Assembly: GCA_965219845.1 (NCBI GenBank)
Contig: CBDCOP010000007.1
Coordinates: forward strand, 236,442 to 300,441
Direction of reading: 5' to 3'
DNA from: Dehalococcoidia bacterium
GTDB taxonomy: Bacteria; Chloroflexota; Dehalococcoidia; Lucifugimonadales; Australimonadaceae
DNA length: 64,000 nt
In this document: piece after piece, positions 38,170 to 46,815 of the stretch
Position numbering within the stretch: the stretch's first letter is position 1
Layout: every line of letters starts with the position of its first letter
Program-made: the position numbers and the translations under genes
Notes under the pieces: model-generated
The model's database searches: none
Seen by the model: the letters and a program-made list of their open reading frames with translations, nothing else
What the model was told of the DNA's origin: nothing

Positions 38170-38352
38170 CACTTCCGCCTCGAAGCGCCCGTAGGTGCCG
38201 GACTTCTCAGGCCGCCGGTCGCCCAAGCCGATCCTGCGCCCCGCGATGTCCAGCCACGACTCCAGCTGCTCCTTGTCGACGAGCTCGTCGTCGCAGTCCA
38301 GTGTGAATGTGCACGACCACTCATCGAACTTAGCCCTCGTCCGGAGGATGCA
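38170..38352 (-). pseudogene. C-terminal fragment of a RAMP/Cas7-like (phage-type) protein
   Basis: ILRTRAKFDEWSCTFTLDCDDELVDKEQLESWLDIAGRRIGLGDRRPEKSGTYGRFEAEV: beta-helix-Gly-rich loop-beta pattern; 5' part missing, REP palindrome at the break. Confidence 0.7.
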
Positions 38353-38361
38353 GGGGGCGAG

Positions 38362-38381
38362 GTTCCTGCCTCCGCAGGAAC
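38362..38381. repeat. REP-like palindrome GTTCCTGC-N4-GCAGGAAC
   Basis: Related copies near 46515 and 48273; ATTCCCGC-N4-GCGGGAAT variants near 27866, 44470, 46548. Confidence 0.75.
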
Positions 38382-38449
38382 GACGAGGCAGGGCGGACCG
38401 CGACACGCCCCTACAGGCTGCCCACCCCAATCCTGATACCATGCACCGC

Positions 38450-40345
38450 ATGCCCGATCCACTCTCAGGCGAGGAGACAACCACGCTTACGCTGCACCTG
38501 CGCGCGCTCGGCAGGCAGGGTGAGGCGCTCGCGGAGACGGACGACGGCAAGCCCGTTTTCGTCTTCGGCGGCATCCCCGGCGAGACCGTTACCGCGGAGG
38601 TCGTCGCGACCCGACGCGGCTACGTCGCAGCGCGCGTGACGGACGTGACGGACCCGTCGCCGCACCGCGTCGCCCCTGACTGCCGCTATTTCGGCGCGTG
38701 CACCGGCTGCCAGTGGCAGCACATCGCTTACGAGCGTCAGCTCGAGATGAAACGTGAAGCACTAGTCGACGCACTGAGCCGCGTCGGCGGGTTGGACGTC
38801 GAGCCGCTGCCCACGCTGCCCAGCCCCGACCGGCTGAGCTACCGGAATCACGCGCGCTTCACCGTGAGCAAGCAGGGCGGGCGGCTCGGCTACGTCCACA
38901 AGGAGCGCCGACGCCACGTGGAGGTGGAGGAGTGCCTGCTGATGGCGCCGTGGATCAACCACGCGCTGGCGTCGCTGCAGGGACACGTCGCTGAGACGAC
39001 CCAACTCTCCCTCCGTTACGGCGTACACACCGGCGACTACCTGCTGCAGCCGACCTTCCAGAACATGGACGTGCCGCTCGCGTCAGGCCAGAAGCACTAC
39101 CAGGAGGCGCTGCTCGGCCACCGCTTCCGCGTCAGTTCGCCGTCTTTCTTCCAGGTAAACACCCGCCAGGCGGAGCAGATGGCCGAGCTCGTCATGAGAG
39201 AACTGCGCCTGGACGGCTCGCAGACCGTCGTGGACGCCTACGCCGGTGTCGCGACGTTCGCCGTGCTCATGGCGGACCGGGCGCGGCACGTGATCGCGGT
39301 CGAGGAGTCTGCGGCGGCGGTGGCCGACGCCCGCGTGAACGTCGAGGGCATCCCGAACGTGGAGCTGCGGCAGGCGCGTACGGAAGACGTGCTCCTGGAG
39401 CTCACCGCCGGAGGCGTGGACGCGGTGCTGCTGGACCCACCGCGCGCCGGTTGCATGCCGGGGACGCTCGACGCGCTGCTGGACGTTCCGCCGGCGCGCG
39501 TCGTCTACGTCTCATGCGACCCCGAGACGTTCGCGCGTGACCTCGCCATCCTCACCGCTGGGCCGTTCCGCATCGAGCAGGTGCAGCCCGTCGACATGTT
39601 CCCCCAGACCTACCACGTCGAGGCCGTCGCGACGCTCGTCCGCGACGACGAGCGGCTCGCGCGGCTGCGAGCGCGGCAGGAGCTCGTGCTAGCGTCGTCG
39701 TCGCCGCGCCGCGCCGAGATTCTCGGACGATTGGGGTTCGCGTTCGAGACGGCGGAGCCGGGCGTCGACGAGCCTGACCCTCCTTCCGGCGCGGACGCCA
39801 TGGAGGTCGCTCGGGGGCTCGCGCTCGCGAAAGCCCGCGCCGTGGCGTCCCGCCGGAGCGCGGGAGCCGTGCTCGGCGCCGACACCGTCGTCGAACTGGA
39901 CGGCGTCGTGCTCGGCAAGCCCCGCGACGAGGACGACGCCGCGCGGATGCTGCGCGAACTCCGTGGCCGCGAGCACCGCGTCATCACGGCGGTCGCGCTC
40001 GTCGACGCCGCGACCGGCGAGACGGCGGAGGCGTACCGGGCGTCGCGCGTGCTGATGCGCGACTATACCGACGGCGAGATCGCGGCGTACGTCGCCTCCG
40101 GCGCGCCGATGGACAAGGCGGGCGCGTACGGCGTGCAGGACGATGCGTTCGCTCCGGCTGAGGAGGTGCGCGGCTGCTACCTGAATATCGTCGGGCTGCC
40201 GGTCTGCGAGACCCTCAAGCTGGCGGAGCGATTCGGCCTGCGGCTGCGCCCCCGGCTCGATGCGCCGTGGCCTGCGCTGGAGCGTTGCCCGGCGTGTGCA
40301 GAGCAGGTGCACCCGAAACCCCTCAACGGGCGCAGCAAGCGATGA
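38450..40345 (+). CDS. rlmD: 23S rRNA m5U methyltransferase RlmD/TrmA family fused to a Maf nucleotide pyrophosphatase
   Basis: TRAM domain, C..FG.C.GC 4Fe-4S motif, FFQVN, LDPPR.G, YVSC, DMFPQT.HVE, then LVLASSSPRR, GADT, GKP, DKAGAYG. Confidence 0.9.
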   Translation: MPDPLSGEETTTLTLHLRALGRQGEALAETDDGKPVFVFGGIPGETVTAEVVATRRGYVAARVTDVTDPSPHRVAPDCRYFGACTGCQWQHIAYERQLEMKREALVDALSRVGGLDVEPLPTLPSPDRLSYRNHARFTVSKQGGRLGYVHKERRRHVEVEECLLMAPWINHALASLQGHVAETTQLSLRYGVHTGDYLLQPTFQNMDVPLASGQKHYQEALLGHRFRVSSPSFFQVNTRQAEQMAELVMRELRLDGSQTVVDAYAGVATFAVLMADRARHVIAVEESAAAVADARVNVEGIPNVELRQARTEDVLLELTAGGVDAVLLDPPRAGCMPGTLDALLDVPPARVVYVSCDPETFARDLAILTAGPFRIEQVQPVDMFPQTYHVEAVATLVRDDERLARLRARQELVLASSSPRRAEILGRLGFAFETAEPGVDEPDPPSGADAMEVARGLALAKARAVASRRSAGAVLGADTVVELDGVVLGKPRDEDDAARMLRELRGREHRVITAVALVDAATGETAEAYRASRVLMRDYTDGEIAAYVASGAPMDKAGAYGVQDDAFAPAEEVRGCYLNIVGLPVCETLKLAERFGLRLRPRLDAPWPALERCPACAEQVHPKPLNGRSKR

Positions 40346-40674
40346 ACATCCTCGGCGTCGGCAACCTGGAGCTCATCTGGATACTCCTGCTCGCGCTCGT
40401 GCTGCTGGGGCCGGGACGCATGGTGGATGCGGCACGGGCAGCAGGGAAGTTCTGGCGCGAGGCGCAGCACGTACTCCGCGCCGCGGCGGACGCGGCCACG
40501 GTCAGCCTCGACGCGCCCCCGCCTCGCAGCGCGCCCGGCGACCCACTCCCCGGGCCGGAGGACGCCGTAGCGCGTGACGGGGAGGAGGAGGGGGTTCACC
40601 CTCACCCTAACCCTCTCCCCTCAAGGGAGAGGGGATCAGGCAGTGGCGGGGACGAGCAGCGGGAGGCCCGGTAG
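40342..40674 (+). CDS. tatB: Twin-arginine translocase TatB/TatA-family subunit
   Basis: G.LEL...LVLLGPGRM N-terminus; upstream of tatC. Confidence 0.8.
   Translation: MNILGVGNLELIWILLLALVLLGPGRMVDAARAAGKFWREAQHVLRAAADAATVSLDAPPPRSAPGDPLPGPEDAVARDGEEEGVHPHPNPLPSRERGSGSGGDEQREAR
40592..40643 (+). repeat. 52-nt REP-like element inside the tatB coding sequence
   Basis: GGGTTCACCCTCACCCTAACCCTCTCCCCTCAAGGGAGAGGGGATCAGGCAG; inverted copy at 42745-42796. Confidence 0.85.
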
Positions 40675-40676
40675 CG

Positions 40677-41519
40677 ATGGCCTCGAAGGAGATGACGCTC
40701 CGCGAGCACCTGGAGGAGCTCCGCCGACGGCTCATCATCGTCGTCTTGTTCGTCATCCTCGCGATGATCGTGGCCTTCGTCTTCCGCAACCCCATACTCG
40801 CCTTCCTGCTCGAACCCGGCTTCTCGCAACTGGACGAGAAGCCGATAGCGACCGAGGTGCTGGAGACGGTGGGGGTGACGTTCAAGGTCACGCTCCTCGT
40901 CGCGTTCGCCGCCTCGCTCCCCGTCGTGCTCTACCACGTCATCATGTTCGCCTCGCCCGGCCTCACCACGCGAGAGCGGCTCTACGTCTTCCTCTTCCTG
41001 CCGGGCGTCCTCATCGCGTTCGCGGCGGGCGTGGCGTTCGGCTACTACGTGCTCTTCCCTCCGGCGTTCTACTTCCTCTTCAACTTCGGCTCGGAGAACG
41101 TCAACCCGGAGATACGCATCGCCAGCTACGTCAACGTCATCACGTCGCTCATGTTCTGGATGGGCGTCGTCTTCCAGATACCGCTGGTGCTCTTCGCGCT
41201 CGGACGTCTCGGCGTCGTGAGTTCCGGATGGCTGATGCGCAGGTGGCGCTTCGCCGTCCTCCTGGCATTCGTCGCCGCAGCGATGATCACGCCGACGTTC
41301 GACCCTGTGAACCAGACGCTCGTGGCCGTCCCCATCATCGTCCTCTACCTGTTCGGCATCCTGCTGGCACGTCTGGGCGAGCGGCTGCGGCGCGGCACGC
41401 GGGCGAAAGAGGAGCGAGGCCCCGGCCTGCTGCGACGCGTGGGGCGGCGGCTCGCGTTCTGGCGGCTGCCCCGCTACCTCTGGCGCAGGCTGTTCCGGCG
41501 CGGGCGGGGCGGACCGTAG
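40677..41519 (+). CDS. tatC: Twin-arginine translocase subunit TatC
   Basis: EHLEELRRR, PGL...E, FQIP, AMITP..DP. Confidence 0.96.
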   Translation: MASKEMTLREHLEELRRRLIIVVLFVILAMIVAFVFRNPILAFLLEPGFSQLDEKPIATEVLETVGVTFKVTLLVAFAASLPVVLYHVIMFASPGLTTRERLYVFLFLPGVLIAFAAGVAFGYYVLFPPAFYFLFNFGSENVNPEIRIASYVNVITSLMFWMGVVFQIPLVLFALGRLGVVSSGWLMRRWRFAVLLAFVAAAMITPTFDPVNQTLVAVPIIVLYLFGILLARLGERLRRGTRAKEERGPGLLRRVGRRLAFWRLPRYLWRRLFRRGRGGP

Positions 41520-41520
41520 C

Positions 41521-42786
41521 GTGCGAACGCCGGAACGACTCGCCGGGGCCCTGCCGTTCTACTACGGCTGGATCGTCGTGGGCGTGGGCGCGGCTGCGGT
41601 CACTTCCCGGGTGGTGGGATCGGTCGAGGCGGCGAGCGTCTTCGTCGCCGCGCTCATCGCCGAGCACGGATGGAGCGCCACGCTGCTGGCTGTTCCGACC
41701 CTTATCGGCAGCTCCGGCAGCGCGCTGGGCGGTCCGTTCGTGGGACGCCTGCTGGACAAGCGCGGACCGCGCCTCGTCACCGCCGTGGGGACGGCGCTCG
41801 TCGGACTATCCTGTTTCGTGCTCGCAGCCACCAACTCCATCCTCTTCTACATCGCCTTCTACAGCCTGCTGCGCATGACCGGACAGGGCATGGTGCAGCT
41901 CTCCAGCCAGATCACCGCTGCGAAGTGGTTCGAACGCAGGCGCGGGCGCGCCATCGCGCTCATCACACTCATATCGAGCCTCGGCCTCGTCGCCGCGCCG
42001 CCCGTCGCGCAGGCTCTCATCGACGGCCCCGGCATAGCCGTGGCGTGGATGGCCTTCGGCTTCCTTGCGCTGGGGATCGGCACGGTGCCGTCCATGCTGC
42101 TCCTCATCCGCAGCCCGGAGGACCTCGGGCTCCAGCCGGACGGCGCGCCGCGTACACAGGCGCCTGTACGGCGGCAGAGCTTCACAGCGGGCCAAGCCAT
42201 CCACACCCCAGCGCTCTGGGCCATCGTCCTCAGCGTGTTCATGATCTCCTCGGTGATGACCGGCGTCGGCTTCCACCAGCTTGCCTACTACGTCGAGCGC
42301 GGCATCGACCCCACCGTCGGCGCGTACGTCGTGAGCAGTTTCGCGTTCGGGTTCTTCGCCGGCGGCGTCACCTGGGCTCCCCTGGCCGACCGCCTGCCCG
42401 TTCGCTTCATCCTCATGGGGCTCTACGTTTCAGGCGTGGCCACGATGGCGCTGCTGCTGCAGGTGCATGCTGCGTGGCAGGCGTTCGCGGCGGCGCTCGC
42501 GTTCGGCATGCTCGTGGGCGGTTCCATCCAGCTGCCCACCATGCTCCTCGCCAACTACTTCGGCAGGGCGCACATCGGCGCGATAGGCGGGACGGTGCAC
42601 GTGGCGCGGGGGTTCGGGCTCGGGAGCGGGCCGGTGATCGGCGGACTACTGAAGGACGCGCTCAGCTACGAAGCGGCGTGGACCGCGTTCGCGGTATTCG
42701 CGGGGTCGGCGGCGATATTGATGGGGTTTGCGCGGCGGCCCCGGCTGCCTGATCCCTTCTCCCTTGAGGGGAGAAGGTTAGGATGA
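41521..42786 (+). CDS. MFS transporter
   Basis: YYGW, GRLLDKRGPR, WFERRRGRA. Confidence 0.9.
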   Translation: MRTPERLAGALPFYYGWIVVGVGAAAVTSRVVGSVEAASVFVAALIAEHGWSATLLAVPTLIGSSGSALGGPFVGRLLDKRGPRLVTAVGTALVGLSCFVLAATNSILFYIAFYSLLRMTGQGMVQLSSQITAAKWFERRRGRAIALITLISSLGLVAAPPVAQALIDGPGIAVAWMAFGFLALGIGTVPSMLLLIRSPEDLGLQPDGAPRTQAPVRRQSFTAGQAIHTPALWAIVLSVFMISSVMTGVGFHQLAYYVERGIDPTVGAYVVSSFAFGFFAGGVTWAPLADRLPVRFILMGLYVSGVATMALLLQVHAAWQAFAAALAFGMLVGGSIQLPTMLLANYFGRAHIGAIGGTVHVARGFGLGSGPVIGGLLKDALSYEAAWTAFAVFAGSAAILMGFARRPRLPDPFSLEGRRLG

Positions 42787-42796
42787 GGGTGAACCC
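42745..42796 (-). repeat. 52-nt REP-like element containing the stop codons of the MFS gene and tatA
   Basis: 3 mismatches versus 40592-40643. Confidence 0.85.
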
Positions 42797-43005
42797 TTGT
42801 CGGACGTGGACTCGGCCTTCTCCGGCTCGCCGGAGTCGGCGGCCTTGCCCTCGACGCCTTCCTTGACCTCGCTGACGGAGCCTCGGAACTCGCGGATGCC
42901 CTTGCCGAGCGCGCGCCCGATCTCCGGCACGCGGCTCGCCCCGAAGATGACGAGCACGATGACGAGGATGATGACCAGTTCCGGCCAGCCCAGTCCGAAT
43001 GGCAT
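42778..43005 (-). CDS. tatA: Twin-arginine translocase subunit TatA
   Basis: GWPEL...IFGA.RVPEIGRALGKGIREF. Confidence 0.95.
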   Translation of the reverse strand: MPFGLGWPELVIILVIVLVIFGASRVPEIGRALGKGIREFRGSVSEVKEGVEGKAADSGEPEKAESTSDKGSPSS

Positions 43006-43067
43006 CGTGCAGACTCCCGCTCGTTAACGAGCACAATCAGCATACCACACAGGGGAATGTGCCCGGC

Positions 43068-43289
43068 CTAGCTGTTCAGCAGCCGGTTGAGCGTAAGCGT
43101 GATGCCCGACGCCATGCCCGCCGTGACTCCGACGCTTGCGAGTATCGTGCCCACCAACCAGCGCAGCAGCCTGCTCTCCATCTGGTAGAGCCTGCTCTCC
43201 AACTGATGGAGGTCGGCCTTGGTCGCGAGGTGCTCGTAAGCGCTTTCGAGACGTGCCACGCGTTGTTCGAGCGACGCGGTGGTGGTCAC
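43068..43289 (-). CDS. Small coiled-coil protein with C-terminal TM (DUF1640/CCDC90-like)
   Basis: LATKADL..LESRL heptads, then W.VG hydrophobic tail. Confidence 0.7.
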   Translation of the reverse strand: MTTTASLEQRVARLESAYEHLATKADLHQLESRLYQMESRLLRWLVGTILASVGVTAGMASGITLTLNRLLNS

Positions 43290-43388
43290 GATCCGTTACT
43301 CCGGTCTTATCTCGCTCCCAAGATACTCCGTGATGCTCATGCCTTGCAACACTGTGGTGCCATCAGTTCTGTATCACTTACCGATCCC

Positions 43389-44411
43389 CTACCGCCCCGA
43401 TCTGGCCCCCGACGGCAGCGCCGACGCGCCCGCCAGCATCTCCGTGAGTGCAAGCTCGTCCGACGTGCCGCTCTTCAGCGCGAGGTCGGTCTCCAGCAGC
43501 AAACGATAGAGCCCACGCACCGCCTCCGGTGGGAACCGGCGCGCCTGCTCCATCGTCTTGCGCACGACGAAGTCGGACGACGTCCCGAGCCGCGCGGGCC
43601 ACTCCGGCGGCGGCGCGCGGCGCGCGAGCAACTCCTGGGCGAGCGCGACCAACCGCGCCTGCCGTGCGACCATCGTCAGCAGGTACGGCCCTGCCGCGCC
43701 TTCGTCCAGCAATTGCCGCATCGTGCCGAGCGCCGCGCCTGTCCGGCGCTCCATGATGGCGTCCACCAGCGCAAACACGTTGGCGTCCTTCGTACTGCTC
43801 ACGAGCGCCTGCACGTCGTCCTCGCCGATCGGCCTGCCATCGCAGTAGATGGTCAGCTTCTCCAGCTCGGAGTCCACCACCCAGAGGTTCGGCCCTATCT
43901 GCTCCGCGAGCATCGCAGCAGTGCGGCGGTCGATAGTTCCGCCCTTCTGTTCCGCCCGCTCCGACACCCACGCGGCGAGTGCGTCCCGCCGCAGCGGGTC
44001 GAACTCGCGCACCCGCACCTGCGCGCCCTCGGCCCCCGCGACCGCTTTCAGGAACGGGTTGGCGGGCGAGAGTTTCCCCTCGAAGAAGACGACGTCCGAC
44101 GACGGCGGCAGTCCCGCGAGCAGCGCGGTCAGCTCCGCCGGAGGCCGGGCCTGTGCGCCGTCCTGTCCTCGCCTGCCGCGGCGCGGACCACCTTCCGCCG
44201 TTCCCATCAGCCCGCGCACGACGACAGCGCGACGGTCCGCGAGGAACGGCACCACCATCGCGGCGGCGGCAAGCTTGTCGACCGAGAACTCCCTTGCCTC
44301 GATGTCGGTGACGTTGGAACTGCGCACGTCCTCCGGCCCGACGGCGTCCAGCACCTCGCGGAGCGCCTCCGTGGCCGAGAACGAGTCTTCACCGTGCAGA
44401 ACGTAGATCAC
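43389..44411 (-). CDS. holA: DNA polymerase III delta subunit
   Basis: IYVLHGED, PFL..RR.V, SELEKL, VF.LVDA, D..LKSG. Confidence 0.93.
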   Translation of the reverse strand: MIYVLHGEDSFSATEALREVLDAVGPEDVRSSNVTDIEAREFSVDKLAAAAMVVPFLADRRAVVVRGLMGTAEGGPRRGRRGQDGAQARPPAELTALLAGLPPSSDVVFFEGKLSPANPFLKAVAGAEGAQVRVREFDPLRRDALAAWVSERAEQKGGTIDRRTAAMLAEQIGPNLWVVDSELEKLTIYCDGRPIGEDDVQALVSSTKDANVFALVDAIMERRTGAALGTMRQLLDEGAAGPYLLTMVARQARLVALAQELLARRAPPPEWPARLGTSSDFVVRKTMEQARRFPPEAVRGLYRLLLETDLALKSGTSDELALTEMLAGASALPSGARSGR

Positions 44412-44558
44412 GAGTCGTAAGCACCGCTGGGGAAGTGAGCACCGGAAGGAGCGCCCGCCCTATCCGTCATTCCCGCGAAAGCGGGAATCTCGCAGCCTGG
44501 TATCTGTCGTTCCGAGCAGAGCATCAACGGGCGTATACTCGTAGCAGGAGGGCTTGGC

Positions 44559-44927
44559 GTGGCGATGTTCCTGCTCCTGAGGCGGCTCCTCACGGTAGTG
44601 TACCTGATGACGCACCGGGCGGTCCCGGTGCACCTGAAGGCGCTGCCGGTGCTCGCGCTCATCTACCTGCTCTTCCCCCGCGACCTCTGGTTCGACTTCC
44701 GCCTCTTCGGCCTCCTCGACGATCTCATCATCGGCGGGCTGCTCATCGGCACATTCATCAACAAGGGCTGGGAGCGTGTGCTGACGGCGGAACGCAAGCG
44801 TGACGACACCATCCCCGCCGAGTTCCGTGTCATTGATGAGGACGATGCGCCCTCTGCCGAGGGTGCGCCCTCCACGGAGGGCGGCGCAGACGCGGACGGC
44901 GCGCCAAGGTCCGACCTGCGCGGCTGA
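44559..44927 (+). CDS. YkvA/DUF1232-like membrane protein
   Basis: Y...P.DL..DF..FG.LDD motif. Confidence 0.8.
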   Translation: MAMFLLLRRLLTVVYLMTHRAVPVHLKALPVLALIYLLFPRDLWFDFRLFGLLDDLIIGGLLIGTFINKGWERVLTAERKRDDTIPAEFRVIDEDDAPSAEGAPSTEGGADADGAPRSDLRG

Positions 44928-45056
44928 CACCCTTTTCCCTACTAGTCGCACCCTCTCCCCTTGTTGGGATGTTTGCATAACTCCATCGCACGCCCCACGC
45001 CCCGCCAACCCTCACCCCAGCCCTCTCCCGCCATCGGGAGAGGGAGCCTGCGGCCT

Positions 45057-45225
45057 CCGCCTACCTCCGTCCGGTTACGCAAGGGTCTCCTTTGTGGGGA
45101 GAGGAGCATGCGGCCTCCGCCTACCTCCGTCCGGTTACGCAAGGGTCTCCTTGTGGGGAGAGGGGACCAGGCACGCCCCGCCTACCTCCGTCCGGTTACG
45201 CAAGAGTCTCCTTTGTGGGGAGAGG
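45057..45225 (+). repeat. Three tandem ~48-nt repeats (period 60-61 nt)
   Basis: CCGCCTACCTCCGTCCGGTTACGCAAGRGTCTCCTT(T)GTGGGGAGAGG x3. Confidence 0.85.
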
Positions 45226-45601
45226 GGACCAGGAACGGCCCGCGGCGTTCCTACGTTTCTTTCTTGTGTCGCATCGTGTTGCATCCCGTTGCATCCACTC
45301 GTGGCGCCGTTGGGGGCTATGCAACGCATCTGCAACCTTTTGCCTCTGCGTTGCAACGGAATGCAACCGAAATGCAACAGATTGCAACGCGGGTCGGAGA
45401 GGTAAAGGAAGAGAGTGGGCTGCAGTCGGTTCGCCGTCATGGAGACAGCGTACGCGGACGGCAGGCGACCGCGTAAGAGGCGCGTGTCACGAGTCTGTCA
45501 TGCCGAGCGGAGTTGAGGCATCTCCCAGCCCTGTAGCTGCCATTCCGAGCGCAGCCGAGGAATCTCTCGGGAAGATACGCCGTCACGCACGGACGTTTCC
45601 T

Positions 45602-46722
45602 GAGAGATGCTTCGACTCCGCCTCCGGCTGCGCTCAGCATGACAACCCGTACACCTCCAGGACGTTGCCTCCGCGGGTGTAAGATTCCCCCGATGCCCTG
45701 CATCGGACCGATGCCCCCGCGCCGGGCACGAGGAGGTCGACGTGGGCGCACACGAGGTCTACCTGCTCCCCAACGGAGTCCTGAGCCTGCCCCGCTCGCG
45801 CGTCATCTACGGCGAAGCGAGCGACGAACGGCTGCTCACGCCCGTCTACAGCGTCCTGATCCGTACCGACGAGGGCGACATCCTGTTCGACACCGGCATC
45901 GACCCCGACGCCGCGTGGGACCCCAGGGCGCTCGAGGGCGTCACTCGCAACCTCCACTCGTTCACCGAGGAGGACGACGTCCGCAGCCGCCTGCGCGACG
46001 CGGGCACGACCGAGGACAAGATCGGGACGGTCATCGCGTCGCACTTCCACTACGACCATATCGGGGGGCTCCGCTACTTCAGGAACGCGAAGGTCTACGT
46101 GCAGAACAACGAGCTCCGCGCCGCGCGCCACCCCGACATGGGGATGGACCGCGTCCTCCGCAAGCAGTACTTCGACCACCCGCTCGACTTCGAGACCGTC
46201 ATGGGCGACACCGAGATCGTGCCGGGCGTATGGGTGCTGCAGACGTACGGCCACACGCCGGGACACCAGAGCCTGCTCGTGGAGCTACCGTCCGGCCCGA
46301 TGATCTTCAGCGGCGACGCCATCCACGTCTGGGAGAATGCCGAGAAGGAGCGCCCGTTCAACGGCTTCTACAACCTCCAGGACGCCTTCGAGTCCATCCG
46401 CCGCCTCAAGATGCTCGCCGCCGTCACGAAGGGCACCCTCGTCCCCAGCCACGACCCCGCCCTCTGGGAGACGTTCAACCCTGCGCCTTACCGGTACACG
46501 TAGGGCCGTCGTCTGCGGAGGCAGGAACCTCGCAGCCCCTTCCCGTCATTCCCGCTTTCGCGGGAATCTCGCAGCCGATGTTCCGTCATTCCAGCGGAGG
46601 CTGAATCCAGTCGCGCGGCGCAGACGCGCGCATGCGCAGTCAGCGCACGCGGTCGCGCTGTGGGGCTGTGCGGTGAGCGCGTCATGCTGAGCGCAGCCGG
46701 AGGCGGAGTCGAAGCATCTCTC
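45602..46722. repeat. Perfect 42-bp inverted REP-like repeats (45602-45643 and 46681-46722) flanking the lactonase gene
   Basis: GTCATGCTGAGCGCAGCCGGAGGCGGAGTCGAAGCATCTCTC and its exact reverse complement. Confidence 0.85.
45742..46503 (+). CDS. N-acyl homoserine lactonase-like MBL-fold hydrolase
   Basis: SHFHYDHIGG, GHTPGH, GDA, PSHD; AGGAGG SD. Confidence 0.88.
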   Translation: MGAHEVYLLPNGVLSLPRSRVIYGEASDERLLTPVYSVLIRTDEGDILFDTGIDPDAAWDPRALEGVTRNLHSFTEEDDVRSRLRDAGTTEDKIGTVIASHFHYDHIGGLRYFRNAKVYVQNNELRAARHPDMGMDRVLRKQYFDHPLDFETVMGDTEIVPGVWVLQTYGHTPGHQSLLVELPSGPMIFSGDAIHVWENAEKERPFNGFYNLQDAFESIRRLKMLAAVTKGTLVPSHDPALWETFNPAPYRYT

Positions 46723-46815
46723 GGGACTCCCCTCGCCCGCTAGGCGGGAGAGGGGCTGAGGGGTGGCGGTACACGCCCGTGCTACACTCCCCACCACCTT
46801 GACCGGAGACGCGCC

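Noticed and set aside
38195-38449. N-terminal extension of RlmD in the ORF track
   Set aside because: It is antisense of the RAMP-like remnant; the leaderless ATG at 38450 fits the TRAM domain start.
38101-38574. The 157-aa minus-strand ORF as an intact gene
   Set aside because: Its N-terminal half is antisense to rlmD plus REP sequence, and its tail is translated array; only 38170-38352 looks protein-like.
45057-45225. CRISPR array
   Set aside because: Repeats of about 48 nt with 12-14-nt linkers, only three units, and no cas genes.
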